A DNA stretch of 64,000 bases from Nitrosopumilus sp. (lineage in GTDB: Archaea > Thermoproteota > Nitrososphaeria > Nitrososphaerales > Nitrosopumilaceae), in assembly GCA_965204345.1 (NCBI GenBank), contig OZ241981.1:1536001-1600000 (forward strand), given 5' to 3'. Under the pieces are notes generated by a model. The model ran no database searches and was not told the origin of the DNA. It saw only the letters and a program-made list of their open reading frames with translations. A program made the translations under genes and the position numbers. This document shows positions 18,808 through 29,040 of the stretch, piece after piece. Position 1 is the first letter of the stretch. Each line of letters opens with the position of its first letter.

Positions 18808-19770
18808 TTATTTGATTTTAAGATGATATACCTTTTCAATGAAAGGAATTGCATTTTTTATATCGTCTTTATTATTGATTTCAGACATATAATCACCAAT
18901 TCCCCAGTGACCAATTTTTTCTCCATTTTTTTTACGCATGTATCTAACAAATTTTGATTCAGGCATAATGTCTTTCTTGCTTGTAGAATAACAGCATTTC
19001 AGTTTGACCGTAGATATCTCAAGTGTACATATTGCAGAGCCATTAGTATTAGAATAGAATCCACCATACCTACTTTTTTGTTTAAATTCTAAATCAGGAA
19101 ATTTTTCCAAAATACGATTTTTCATTAACTTGTATAATCTTCTTGCAGATTCTTTTGGTATTCTGTTTCGAAAATATTTTCCGGCAAGATAATCATCTTC
19201 AGAATATTCATCCAGTCTTTGAGGACGATTTGTTTTTGTTTTTGAGGAATCTATTCTACTTTTCTGAATTTTTTCTAGGATTATAATGTCATCTTCAAAT
19301 CGACTAATCTTGTATAGATCAATTGGATCCTTTGTTCTGTTTGCAGACCGTAGTTGATGTAGGGTGAATTCTGGTGCAATAATGATCACCTTTGATTCTT
19401 CCCATTCAACATCATTCATCTTGAGTGATTTACTTTTTTCATTATTGTATAACAAAAGAAAAGCTTCTTTTTTATCTTCCAACAAATCAAGATATGCCAT
19501 TCCTTGATCTAATACTCCTCCATGTTTGATGTTCTTGTATTCAATTATGACAAAAGAGTTTGATTCTTTGTTGAATGCAACAGAATCAATCCTTAAACCA
19601 TCCAAAGAAAATTCAGTATAAATAAATTCCAATTCAGGGAAAATTATTTCAATATTTCTTTCAACTAATGTTTGAATCATCTTTTCATAGTCAAATGCCC
19701 TCTTTTTATCACCGATTTCTTTAATGCCCGTAAATCCGGATGGTTTAGATTGAAAAATCATTACACCCAT
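18808..19770 (-). CDS. NucS/DUF91-like PD-(D/E)XK endonuclease with DUF5655-like C-terminus
   Basis: RIDSVAF...IIEYK...DQGMAY; C-terminal GHWGIGD. Confidence 0.75.
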   Translation of the reverse strand: MGVMIFQSKPSGFTGIKEIGDKKRAFDYEKMIQTLVERNIEIIFPELEFIYTEFSLDGLRIDSVAFNKESNSFVIIEYKNIKHGGVLDQGMAYLDLLEDKKEAFLLLYNNEKSKSLKMNDVEWEESKVIIIAPEFTLHQLRSANRTKDPIDLYKISRFEDDIIILEKIQKSRIDSSKTKTNRPQRLDEYSEDDYLAGKYFRNRIPKESARRLYKLMKNRILEKFPDLEFKQKSRYGGFYSNTNGSAICTLEISTVKLKCCYSTSKKDIMPESKFVRYMRKKNGEKIGHWGIGDYMSEINNKDDIKNAIPFIEKVYHLKIK

Positions 19771-20141
19771 ATGAAAATATGAAATTTTAATTTTTTATAA
19801 ATAGATCGATTGAATTCACTAAAGAGATTCATTAATCTATACATTCTGAAAGATTTGAAATCATCGTATAAGATTTGAAATCAATATACTCACAAACTAA
19901 AACCAGATGAACTATTGATCAAGAGTTTAGAAAATAGGTTAGAATTACGGACAGAAAAATCCAGAACAATTAGAGACAAATACTTTTTTTGCTTCCTCAA
20001 TATGTTTACAAGGATTAGAATATGTCTTAGGTGCCATTCCAAAAAATCAATAATTTATTAGATCATCAAATAGCCTCTATCTAAAACAGTAGGTGCTCTA
20101 TTTCATGAAATGAATTTGAAACAGGCAATATCAGAGCAAAT

Positions 20142-20156
20142 AATCCGTTTAGACCC
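20142..20156 (+). repeat. att-like remnant of the tRNA-Lys 3' end
   Basis: aatccgtttagaccc vs aatccctttagaccc (18583-18597), 14/15. Confidence 0.65.
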
Positions 20157-20171
20157 TCTCTCTTACTTTAA

Positions 20172-21632
20172 TCATCCAATAATTTTCTGGACTTGTTTTT
20201 CTAGGGAACTAATTGATGAGATGATCTTGTTTTCCCGATCAGATACATCTGTTCGGTACTGGTTGATTTTTTGAGTTCTCTCAGAAATCATCCTTTTTTG
20301 CTCATCATATCCAGACGAACCGTGTGATCTTCTATCCTTAAGGGAGGAAACAACAGTTGTTGTACTGATGATTCCTGAGACAATTTTAGGATCAACCTTG
20401 GTACCCTCTACTGATTTTTTGATTTGCTGCAAAGTCAGCTTTGATATGGGTTTTTTTGAACCGTGTGCTAACTGAACCAAAATTCCTGAAATTTTATGGG
20501 TGACCCTAAACGGAATGCCTTGCTGAACCAGTTTTTCAGCTATATCCAATGCGATAAGATTGCTGGATTCTGTGGTCCTTTTCATCTGTTTTTCATTTAC
20601 CTTTAAAGTTAACAGAATAGATTTTAAAATCAGCAGCGCACTAATGGAAATCTCTGATGTGGACCAGATTGATGACTTTATCTGCTGTAAATCACGTCCG
20701 TATCCGGATGCCAGGCCTTTAACAGTAGTTAAAATCGCAGTCAAATTCCCAATAACCTCGGCAGTCTTGCCCCTGGTCAGTTCCAAGATATCGGGATTCT
20801 TTTTTTGAGGCATTACGCTTGAAGGAGACGTAAACTCATCTGAGAGCTCAATAAACGAAAACTCAGAGGTAGACCAGATTACAAAGTCTTCGGATATCTT
20901 GCTTAGATTAGTCATCAGAATAGAAACCATTGCAACATATTCTGCTACAAAATCACGCGTACTAGTAGCATCAATAGAGTTCTCAACAAGACTGTCAAAA
21001 CCCAGCATCCTTGCTGTACTGTGTCTGTCAATTGGAATGCTTGTTCCACCTACGGGCCCTGCGCCAAGGGGACTCTGATTTACTCTCCCAAACGTTCCAA
21101 ACAGTCTTTCAAAGTCTCGCGTTAGTACATCAGCATGTGCTAAAAGATAATGAGAAAACAGGCCTGCCTGAGCCTGCTGAAGGTGTGTGTACAATGGCAT
21201 GATTGTTTTTTGGTGATTTTTAGCCACAGAAACAAGGGCCTCAATGGTATCTAAAAGGCAGTTACATAGAGTATTGATATCATCTCTGATCTTCATTCGT
21301 ATGTCCAAAACAACTTGATCGTTGCGGGATCTTGCAGTATGCATCTTGCCGCCGCTTGCCATGCCAGCTTTCTTTATTACCAACGTCTCAATTAGCTCAT
21401 GAATATCCTCAGCGCCAGACGCTGCATCAAGTTTCTCATTTTTTAAGCTCTCTAAGGCAGATAAAATTTTTTTGGCATCATTTTTTGTAATAATGTTGTT
21501 TTGAAACAACATCAGGGAATGAGCCTGACTTCCAAGAATATCATATAGTGAGATTTGAGAGTCATCATTAATAGAGGAAACATAATCCAGAGTAATCTCA
21601 CTCAGACCGGTACCAAGACGGGAACGATACAT
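20172..21632 (-). CDS. argH: Argininosuccinate lyase
   Basis: HTARSRNDQ, YTHLQQAQ, SSVMPQKKNPD. Confidence 0.96.
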   Translation of the reverse strand: MYRSRLGTGLSEITLDYVSSINDDSQISLYDILGSQAHSLMLFQNNIITKNDAKKILSALESLKNEKLDAASGAEDIHELIETLVIKKAGMASGGKMHTARSRNDQVVLDIRMKIRDDINTLCNCLLDTIEALVSVAKNHQKTIMPLYTHLQQAQAGLFSHYLLAHADVLTRDFERLFGTFGRVNQSPLGAGPVGGTSIPIDRHSTARMLGFDSLVENSIDATSTRDFVAEYVAMVSILMTNLSKISEDFVIWSTSEFSFIELSDEFTSPSSVMPQKKNPDILELTRGKTAEVIGNLTAILTTVKGLASGYGRDLQQIKSSIWSTSEISISALLILKSILLTLKVNEKQMKRTTESSNLIALDIAEKLVQQGIPFRVTHKISGILVQLAHGSKKPISKLTLQQIKKSVEGTKVDPKIVSGIISTTTVVSSLKDRRSHGSSGYDEQKRMISERTQKINQYRTDVSDRENKIISSISSLEKQVQKIIG

Positions 21633-21681
21633 TATCTAAGGTTCTAAAATGGTTATATATAGGATCGTTGGTTCTGACGAC

Positions 21682-22005
21682 ATGAGCCAAGATATCAAAC
21701 AGATGCGAGTAAAAATATTTGACGAGTTATCCAAGATTGTAGATCCTGAAATCAATACGTCAATTGTAGAGCTGGAACTAATTGATGAGGTTGACATCAA
21801 CGACAGCAATGTCAAAGTTGACTTGCATCTTACCAGTCCGTTCTGTCCGGCAGTATTTGGTTTTAAGATTTGCCAGGATGTTCACGACAACCTGCTTAAA
21901 GTGGAAGGGGTCAATGACGTTAAGGTAAATGTCTCAAATCACTTTATGGCAGAACAGATTAACAATCAGGTAAACAACAGCCCAAATCCAAAAAAATTAG
22001 GCTAG
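21682..22005 (+). CDS. DUF59/MIP18-like iron-sulfur cluster assembly protein
   Basis: DPEINTSIVELELI, LTSPFCP. Confidence 0.85.
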   Translation: MSQDIKQMRVKIFDELSKIVDPEINTSIVELELIDEVDINDSNVKVDLHLTSPFCPAVFGFKICQDVHDNLLKVEGVNDVKVNVSNHFMAEQINNQVNNSPNPKKLG

Positions 22006-22769
22006 TCTCTAAAACCCAGCATGTAACCCCGGAGTAACTGGATTCCCATTGCAGGGTCAACACCCTTTGGACATACCTGACTGCAAGAACCGGCAAAGTG
22101 ACATCTCCAAATTCCATGAGAGTCATCAATTATCTTTAATCTGGAATCCTTTCCCTTGTCCCTGCTGTCAGCAACGTAACGATATGCCTGGGCCAGTGCC
22201 TGAGGCCCGACAAAAGACGAATCAGTAGCCATTGTAGGACATGCAGAGTTGCACAAACCGCATTTGATACAGTTTGCAAATTGTATGTACTGCTCAACCT
22301 CTTCAGGAGACTGTAGGAACTCTTTTTCATCTGAGACTAGTTCTGTGCCATCACGAATCAAAAACGGTTTGATCTTCTGGTGCGTGTCAAATAATTTTTC
22401 AAACTTGACTGCAAGATCACGGATAACTGGAAAATTGTTCATAGGTTCGACAGTTACGACATTTGAGTTTAGCTCGCTAATTTTTGTAAAGCATGCAAGC
22501 CTGGGCTTTCCGTTAATCATCATTCCGCATGAGCCACACGTGGCCTGCCTGCAAGAATAACGGACTGCCACTGAATGATCAAGGTGCTTCTTTACATCAA
22601 GAATTGCCTCAAGAACCGTTGTCCATTTCTCATACGGCACAGAAAACTCCATAAAACTCTTGGATTCGTCGTGTTCCGGATTGAACCTTGAGATTCTAAG
22701 GGTGACAGACTTTGCAGAAGACAGTGGCGTGGAGGTCTGCTCATCTGCAATACTTGCCAGCTGTGCCAT
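22002..22769 (-). CDS. sdhB: Succinate dehydrogenase iron-sulfur subunit
   Basis: SCRQATCGSC, CIKCGLCNSACP, CHFAGSCSQVCP. Confidence 0.96.
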   Translation of the reverse strand: MAQLASIADEQTSTPLSSAKSVTLRISRFNPEHDESKSFMEFSVPYEKWTTVLEAILDVKKHLDHSVAVRYSCRQATCGSCGMMINGKPRLACFTKISELNSNVVTVEPMNNFPVIRDLAVKFEKLFDTHQKIKPFLIRDGTELVSDEKEFLQSPEEVEQYIQFANCIKCGLCNSACPTMATDSSFVGPQALAQAYRYVADSRDKGKDSRLKIIDDSHGIWRCHFAGSCSQVCPKGVDPAMGIQLLRGYMLGFRD

Positions 22770-22771
22770 TC

Positions 22772-23128
22772 CTATACTGCCCCCATGTTAGTCATAATAA
22801 TTGTTCTTGAACCGTAGGCTATTAACCCAATCATTGCAGCCAGGCAGCCATAAGAGACAGCTTTCTCATAGGTTCTTCCCTGTCTTAATTCCAACAAAAT
22901 AACCCTCAATCCATTGAATCCGTGAACAGAAAGCAAGATTAAGATTAGTTCAAGCATTATGGCATAGGGAATGAATCTGTAATTGGCAAGAACGCTTTCG
23001 TACTCTAAGGATTCTGCAAATCCCTGGGTTAGGCGCATCAAAATATGGACTGCCACCAGTGCAACAGCTGCCAAAGCCGTTCCATAGTGAATTTTCATTA
23101 TTGTGCTTTCTCTCATGTTACTCACCAA
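22772..23128 (-). CDS. sdhD: Succinate dehydrogenase membrane anchor
   Basis: Three hydrophobic helices, HGFNGLRVI; operon context. Confidence 0.85.
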   Translation of the reverse strand: MVSNMRESTIMKIHYGTALAAVALVAVHILMRLTQGFAESLEYESVLANYRFIPYAIMLELILILLSVHGFNGLRVILLELRQGRTYEKAVSYGCLAAMIGLIAYGSRTIIMTNMGAV

Positions 23129-23549
23129 ACATTACCGCCAGACCATACATCATTGCAAGTGCTGCAAGGACTATTGCCGAATAGATGCCTATCTTGTGCC
23201 TATAGTTCTGTGATGCCGGATCATATGGATAGTCAGGTCTTGCAGGCCTTCCTACGCCGACTCCGCCGTGCCCTAGCATCACTCTAATTCCGTTTACCGT
23301 GTGAAATACACACATTCCAATGACTAGTGCCAAAAATACGTGTCCTTCTGTAGTCTGAGTCAGATCAAGAAACTCATTCCAGCCGACTCGTCCCCTCAGA
23401 ATATTGCTTGTCTCATAAATGTGGGCTACAAAATAGATCAACAATCCCAATCCGCTTAGTCTCATCAGCCAGTATGCAACACGCTCAATCCCGTATCGGG
23501 TTGGATTGGCCATTCCTTTGATGCCCTCTTTGTGTTCATCCTTGGTCAT
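23118..23549 (-). CDS. sdhC: Succinate dehydrogenase cytochrome b subunit
   Basis: RLSGL, FHTVNGIR; operon context. Confidence 0.88.
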   Translation of the reverse strand: MTKDEHKEGIKGMANPTRYGIERVAYWLMRLSGLGLLIYFVAHIYETSNILRGRVGWNEFLDLTQTTEGHVFLALVIGMCVFHTVNGIRVMLGHGGVGVGRPARPDYPYDPASQNYRHKIGIYSAIVLAALAMMYGLAVMFGE

Positions 23550-23551
23550 TT

Positions 23552-25264
23552 CTAGTATTTCCTCTCCACTGGCTGATACTTTGTAATTGTGACCGGGTGG
23601 GTCTTCATAATTGGCACATCAGGATCATAATAAGCAAGGGTATGATGTAAAAAGTTGACATCATCACGTTTTGTATAATCAGTTCTTGCATGAGCGCCAC
23701 GAGACTCTCTTCTATTAATTGCACCAAGCAGCACAATCTCTGCCACCCTGAACATGGAATCAAGTTCCATCACGTTTGCAAAGTTGGTATTGTACTCTTT
23801 TGCCTTGTCATCTACATGTTTCCAGGCCTGCTGTTTTAATTCGCGGATTTTTTTAAGACCCTCAACCAGATCAGTCTCATTTCTGTAAACATATGCCTTG
23901 TCATTCATGGTATCTGTAAGCTGTTGTCTGACCTCATATGGATTGATGCCCCCGCCTCCCCGGAATATTCCGTCATAGATCCTCTTTTCTTCGGCTGCAA
24001 CCAGGTGATGTGGCCAGGGATTAGTCTGTGGATTGCTCCGGATGTAATCAACTGCCAACTCCCCTGTAATCTTTCCCCAAACGATGCATTCTGAAGTGGA
24101 GTTTGCACCCAGACGATTAGAGCCATGAACGCTGTTGCATGCAGCCTCGCCGGCAGCCCAGACTCCCTGGATTTCAGTTGCCCCATCAATGTTAGTATGA
24201 AGTCCGCCCATCATGTAATGGCAGACAGGCCGAATATCAAGCAAGTCAGTGGCAGGGTCCTGGCCTGAAAACTTTATGGATATTTCCCTGATTCCGCCCA
24301 GCTTCTCTTTGATTTTTTCATCCCCAAGATGTCTCAAATCAAGCTTCATACAATCAACACCTGTCTCATGTTTAAAGCCGCGACCTTCCTGAATTTCTGT
24401 CATAATTGATCTGGATACAATATCACGTGGAGCCAACTCCATTTTACCTGCCGCATATGTCCTCATAAATCGTTCACCCCTATTGTTAAGAAGATAGCCG
24501 CCTTCCCCCCTTGCACCTTCTGTAATTAAAATTCCAGATGGCAAAATTCCCGTCGGATGAAACTGGACAAACTCCATATCCTTGAGAGCAATGCCTGCAC
24601 GCAATCCCATATCCAAGCCATCAGGAGTAGAGGATAGGGCATAGGTTGAAAAGCTGTACAGCCGTCCGGCACCGCCGGTTGCAATGATTAGTGCCCTTCC
24701 CCTGATCTTGTAAAATATGCCAGAACCCAATTCAATTGCAGTGACTCCCATGAACCGCCTCCCGTCATGAACAATTGATGTTACAAACCATTCATTGAGA
24801 TATTCGATATTTTCAAATTTCTGACACGTGTCATACAGAGTCTGCATCTCAAAGAATCCTACCTTGTCAGATGCATAGGTTGCCCTAGGAAAGCTATAGC
24901 CGCCAAAATTTCGCTGATCAATTCTGCCATCACGCCTTCTAGACCATGGCATGCCCCAATGATCTAATTGATGAATTTCTTGGGGCGTTTCAACACACAA
25001 CCTTTCGGCAACGTCCTGATCTGCAAGAAAATCACTTCCTTTGACAGTATCATAAACGTGCGACTCTATTGTGTCGCCTTCATCCTCAAAAAGAACCGCG
25101 GCAGTTCCGCCCTCTGCAGAAACAGAATGAGAACGCATTACCTGTACCTTGGATACAATGCCAATTTTGAGATGGGGGCCCTTTCTTGCAGCAGCTATAG
25201 CTGCCCGCAGACCTGCAAGACCAGAACCACAAATAATCAGATCAAATTCGATAGACTCTGTCAT
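23552..25264 (-). CDS. sdhA: Succinate dehydrogenase flavoprotein
   Basis: GSGLAG, RSHSVSAEGG, QFHPTG, HGSNRLGANS. Confidence 0.97.
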   Translation of the reverse strand: MTESIEFDLIICGSGLAGLRAAIAAARKGPHLKIGIVSKVQVMRSHSVSAEGGTAAVLFEDEGDTIESHVYDTVKGSDFLADQDVAERLCVETPQEIHQLDHWGMPWSRRRDGRIDQRNFGGYSFPRATYASDKVGFFEMQTLYDTCQKFENIEYLNEWFVTSIVHDGRRFMGVTAIELGSGIFYKIRGRALIIATGGAGRLYSFSTYALSSTPDGLDMGLRAGIALKDMEFVQFHPTGILPSGILITEGARGEGGYLLNNRGERFMRTYAAGKMELAPRDIVSRSIMTEIQEGRGFKHETGVDCMKLDLRHLGDEKIKEKLGGIREISIKFSGQDPATDLLDIRPVCHYMMGGLHTNIDGATEIQGVWAAGEAACNSVHGSNRLGANSTSECIVWGKITGELAVDYIRSNPQTNPWPHHLVAAEEKRIYDGIFRGGGGINPYEVRQQLTDTMNDKAYVYRNETDLVEGLKKIRELKQQAWKHVDDKAKEYNTNFANVMELDSMFRVAEIVLLGAINRRESRGAHARTDYTKRDDVNFLHHTLAYYDPDVPIMKTHPVTITKYQPVERKY

Positions 25265-25337
25265 TTTTCAGTCAAACTTGCTTGTGGCGGGATAAATATG
25301 TAGTAATTGCTAGGCAGCAATCAAAATATTAAAATAT

Positions 25338-25361
25338 ATCACTAGTGATATCACTAGTGAT
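25338..25361. promoter_or_regulatory. 24-bp perfect palindrome (atcactagtgat x2), probable PadR operator
   Basis: Overlaps the probable PadR start; lies between divergent sdhA and padR. Confidence 0.6.
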
Positions 25362-25866
25362 GATCTCTGAATGGTTTGAAAGAGTAGGCAGCTCAGTCCC
25401 CAGGGGATTTTCGAGGTATTTCATTTTAGAATTGCTCAAAAAGACTCCGCATACCGGAAAAGAGATAATTGATTATGCAGTAAAACAAAGTAACGGGATT
25501 TGGAAACCATCACCCGGACTAATCTATCCGTTACTGGGGAGATTGTTAGATGAGGGACTAGTTGAGGAAACCAAGGATGGCAGATATCAGCTAACAAAAA
25601 AAGGAAGGGATACAGCAGATGATGTCGATAAAATAAACGATATTGTAAAGAAGCAGCTAGAGGTATTGTTCAGGCTAGGAAACGTGGGAAGATTCGTTGC
25701 AATAGATCTGCTAGAAAAGATTTCAACTATGGGCTCCATTGTAAGCTCTAATTTTGCAAACATGACCGAAGATGAAACCAAAAAATACAAACAATTTCTA
25801 GAGTCAGAACTAAAGAAGGTTCAAGAAAAAGGCACAAAGAAGAAAGATGACAAAGGTCAGGACTGA
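25360..25866 (+). CDS. PadR family transcriptional regulator
   Basis: ILELL...GKEII...WKPSPGLIYPLL...YQLT. Confidence 0.9.
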   Translation: MISEWFERVGSSVPRGFSRYFILELLKKTPHTGKEIIDYAVKQSNGIWKPSPGLIYPLLGRLLDEGLVEETKDGRYQLTKKGRDTADDVDKINDIVKKQLEVLFRLGNVGRFVAIDLLEKISTMGSIVSSNFANMTEDETKKYKQFLESELKKVQEKGTKKKDDKGQD

Positions 25867-25957
25867 ATACAAGCTGATTTCCGGCTCTTAAGAAGGCAGG
25901 CCATTTTTTTTAAATTCTGGATTAAAGTCATAAATAATTCAGAAGGGAAGCTCAAGT

Positions 25958-26824
25958 ATGAAAAATTTGAGGAATATGCTAAAGTCAAACAAACCGCTTG
26001 TAATACCCGGAGTCTATGATGCACTAGGTGCAAAAATTGCTCAAAAAGTGGGGTTTGATGCAATGTTTCAAACAGGCTATGGAACCTCTGCAACCCTGTT
26101 TGGAATGCCCGACTATGGGTTTATCGGAGCTACAGAAACAGTAGACAATGCCAGAAGAATATGCAGGGCAGTATCAGTACCGGTAATTGTTGACTCAGAC
26201 ACAGGATATGGAAACGCACTAAGCGTATGGAAATTGGTAAAAGAGTTGGAGACGGCAGGGGCAGCAGGCATCTTCCTAGAGGATCAAAGGTGGCCTAAAA
26301 GATGCGGACACATGCAAGGAAAAGAGGTGATTTCACAGGAGGAATATACAGAAAAATTATCAGCAGCAGTTGATGCAAGAGAAAACAAAGATTTCATAAT
26401 AGTTGCTAGGACAGACGCGAGGGCAACTGAGGGACTCGATGAGGCAATTCAGAGGAGCAAGCAAAACAAGGAGACAGGTGCCGATGTAATCTTTGTCGAA
26501 GCGCCAAAGTCACTAGATGAGATGAGAAAAATCGGAAGAGAGATCAGCGCACCGCTAGTTGCAAATATGATTGAGGGCGGAGCTACGCCGCTAAGCTCAG
26601 CTGACGTACTAAACAAAATGGGATTCAAGATAGTTCTGTATCCGCTGTCAGTATTATATGCCAGCACGTTTGCAACGATGAATATTCTAACCGAGTTAAA
26701 AAAGACAGGCAGCACCGCAAGGCATAAACGAAAAATTGTAAACTTTGATCAGTTCAACGACTTGGTGGAATTATCAAAGTTTAGGAACATGGAGAAGAGA
26801 TACGGAAAATCAAAAAGAGGATAA
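25958..26824 (+). CDS. Isocitrate lyase / PEP mutase family (methylisocitrate lyase-like)
   Basis: DSDTGYG, LEDQ, KRCGH, IVARTDA. Confidence 0.9.
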   Translation: MKNLRNMLKSNKPLVIPGVYDALGAKIAQKVGFDAMFQTGYGTSATLFGMPDYGFIGATETVDNARRICRAVSVPVIVDSDTGYGNALSVWKLVKELETAGAAGIFLEDQRWPKRCGHMQGKEVISQEEYTEKLSAAVDARENKDFIIVARTDARATEGLDEAIQRSKQNKETGADVIFVEAPKSLDEMRKIGREISAPLVANMIEGGATPLSSADVLNKMGFKIVLYPLSVLYASTFATMNILTELKKTGSTARHKRKIVNFDQFNDLVELSKFRNMEKRYGKSKRG

Positions 26825-26850
26825 AATAAAAAATTTCAAGTAAAGTACGA

Positions 26851-27138
26851 TTAAGACGTAACTCTCTTTACTTCAATTTCTATTGTTGAAACGTTTCTAG
26901 TTCTACCGTCTTGTGACTCTAGTGACTCTGAGCCAATCTTGATTTCGCCGATAGCGTAGCCTGCATTTTCAGTCTTTCTTGCGATGATTTGAGCTACATC
27001 CACAGCACGTCCAATGCTGAGTCCTCTAGCTTTGATGTTGACGGTAGGTAAGTTTGCCAGTTGAATTAGCGCTGATGTTACATATGCCATCAATGGTTTC
27101 TTACCAATGAATATGGTGTCTCTGGTTTCATTTGACAT
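26851..27138 (-). CDS. albA: Chromatin protein Alba
   Basis: IGKKPLMAYV, KARGLSIGRAVDVA, VSTIEI. Confidence 0.95.
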   Translation of the reverse strand: MSNETRDTIFIGKKPLMAYVTSALIQLANLPTVNIKARGLSIGRAVDVAQIIARKTENAGYAIGEIKIGSESLESQDGRTRNVSTIEIEVKRVTS

Positions 27139-27192
27139 GTCACGTTTGGTATTTAACGATAATTTAAAGCTAAAAGGATTTTTCAGAATTAA

Positions 27193-27792
27193 ATGAAAAA
27201 AATAGAAAAATTTGAACTAATATTAACCAGAAAAAATGAATTTATTCATAACTTGGAAGATATTTCAAAAGTTTTAGAGATGGGAAGCAGTCAAGAAAAA
27301 ATCGAGATTTTAGAGACTCTGGATAATGCCGATAATCCGGAGATTTTGGATAAAATAATCTCAAAACTAGATGATGATAGCATTGAGGTAAGGGGAGAGG
27401 CATTTAGTGCGCTTGTACTAAATAAAAACAAAATTTCAAATCTTTTAATCACGAGTCTGAATACCCCAAATAAAAACATCAAAGGTTTCGTACTGCTAGT
27501 ATTGGCAAACAGAAATGAAACGTCTGCAATTCCTCAAATAACAAAGATGGCAAAAGATGAACAACCAATGGTAAGATCATGTGCACTTGGAGCATTAGGG
27601 CATCTCAAGGCTCAAGAAGCTAAAGAGATCTTTGTAGAAGCTCTAGAAGACTCTGAGATCGAAGTAAGAAAAAGTGCATTACAGGCAATCATTGATTTGA
27701 AAATTCAAATCCCAGAAGAGAAGATAAAGGAAATTCTCAAAGAAAAGGATGCAGAAATAGAAAAAATGATCTGTCTATTAAAAAATAGGTGA
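27193..27792 (+). CDS. HEAT-repeat protein
   Basis: Repeated DxxxEVRxxA units. Confidence 0.85.
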   Translation: MKKIEKFELILTRKNEFIHNLEDISKVLEMGSSQEKIEILETLDNADNPEILDKIISKLDDDSIEVRGEAFSALVLNKNKISNLLITSLNTPNKNIKGFVLLVLANRNETSAIPQITKMAKDEQPMVRSCALGALGHLKAQEAKEIFVEALEDSEIEVRKSALQAIIDLKIQIPEEKIKEILKEKDAEIEKMICLLKNR

Positions 27793-27903
27793 ACCGGGAG
27801 GTCTCAACTTGCTCAGACACCACACACCTGCAATTCATGCAAACGCAATAGCAGCAGCAGGAATCCCAAGCAAAATAAATAACATTGCTGCTTCTGTTTT
27901 ACA

Positions 27904-29040
27904 ATGAAATGCACTATATGCGGACTAGTACTAGTTCTAGCAATTGGAGTTCTCGTACCTGTTGCATATGCTGATATGCTCTCACCACTAAAACAACTTG
28001 AAAGCGGCATACCTCTGTACCAAATACGGTGTAATGCTGAGAATACTACACTATTGCAGTCACCTAGTGGCAGACCAGCTTGCGTAACTATGGATACGTC
28101 AGACAAACTACTTGACAGAGGTTTTACTTTGGTCAAATCAGTACCACAAAACACGTCAACTGAATCATTGGATAGTTTGGAACCCGAAAAATTATACGAC
28201 ATGGATGTATACCATAGTTCTACCCATTTTAACATCCATGATTACACTTATGAATTTCGTGGTTTTCCTGTTGTCGGTGAAACTGGTGAGCTCATCTTAA
28301 CCATGACACATAAGATATTGGCCGATGATGCAATCAAGATACTTGGTTATGACGAAGATGGAAATCCAATCGAAGTTCCTGCAGTATATGGAGTGAATGC
28401 TCATCTATACCCTGTAAAACTGGACATAGCATTTCTTCCACCATCAACTATTAGGGTCTACGACATTGTATCAAACATTAACTCTGATGATCCTTTTGTG
28501 TTTTTGCCCTATGACCACACTACAGAAACCACGATTGCAGAGCCAGGCAAAACATATACCGTAAAGGCAAAAGTTGATGTGCTTGAAGAAGGATTTGTGT
28601 TTTTTTATGCCAAGGGTTTAGAAGGTGATTATGTGCAGACATCCTATGCAATTGGCAAAGATGAAACACTGGAATTCTGGGAATATGAAAAATATGACGA
28701 AACGTATCTTGATCATACACTTCGAAAACGTCCCGTAACTGGAGACAGTCAATCACAACTACCCGTTGATCAACTTGTTCCGCCGGAACCCAAGATAGCA
28801 CCAGAACCCACTACGCCGCGAAACCATGAAGAAGAATATGAAGAATGGAAAAACTACATAGCATCGTATCACTTGGAAGAAGAGTCTCCTTATGAAGACG
28901 TTCTAGAAGAGTTAGTTCAGTATGAATTTACAATTCAAAACATGAGGGAATTCTTTGCTAACAGGATGAATTACACTAATGCTGTAATTGATGAGCTAAT
29001 CAGTTCATTGCCTGATGATTATGGTGCTGGATCTAGATGA
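27904..29040 (+). CDS. Exported hypothetical protein with SPLKQ..C..PACV..KL..RG motif
   Basis: Signal peptide (VAYA|D); acidic. Confidence 0.75.
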   Translation: MKCTICGLVLVLAIGVLVPVAYADMLSPLKQLESGIPLYQIRCNAENTTLLQSPSGRPACVTMDTSDKLLDRGFTLVKSVPQNTSTESLDSLEPEKLYDMDVYHSSTHFNIHDYTYEFRGFPVVGETGELILTMTHKILADDAIKILGYDEDGNPIEVPAVYGVNAHLYPVKLDIAFLPPSTIRVYDIVSNINSDDPFVFLPYDHTTETTIAEPGKTYTVKAKVDVLEEGFVFFYAKGLEGDYVQTSYAIGKDETLEFWEYEKYDETYLDHTLRKRPVTGDSQSQLPVDQLVPPEPKIAPEPTTPRNHEEEYEEWKNYIASYHLEEESPYEDVLEELVQYEFTIQNMREFFANRMNYTNAVIDELISSLPDDYGAGSR

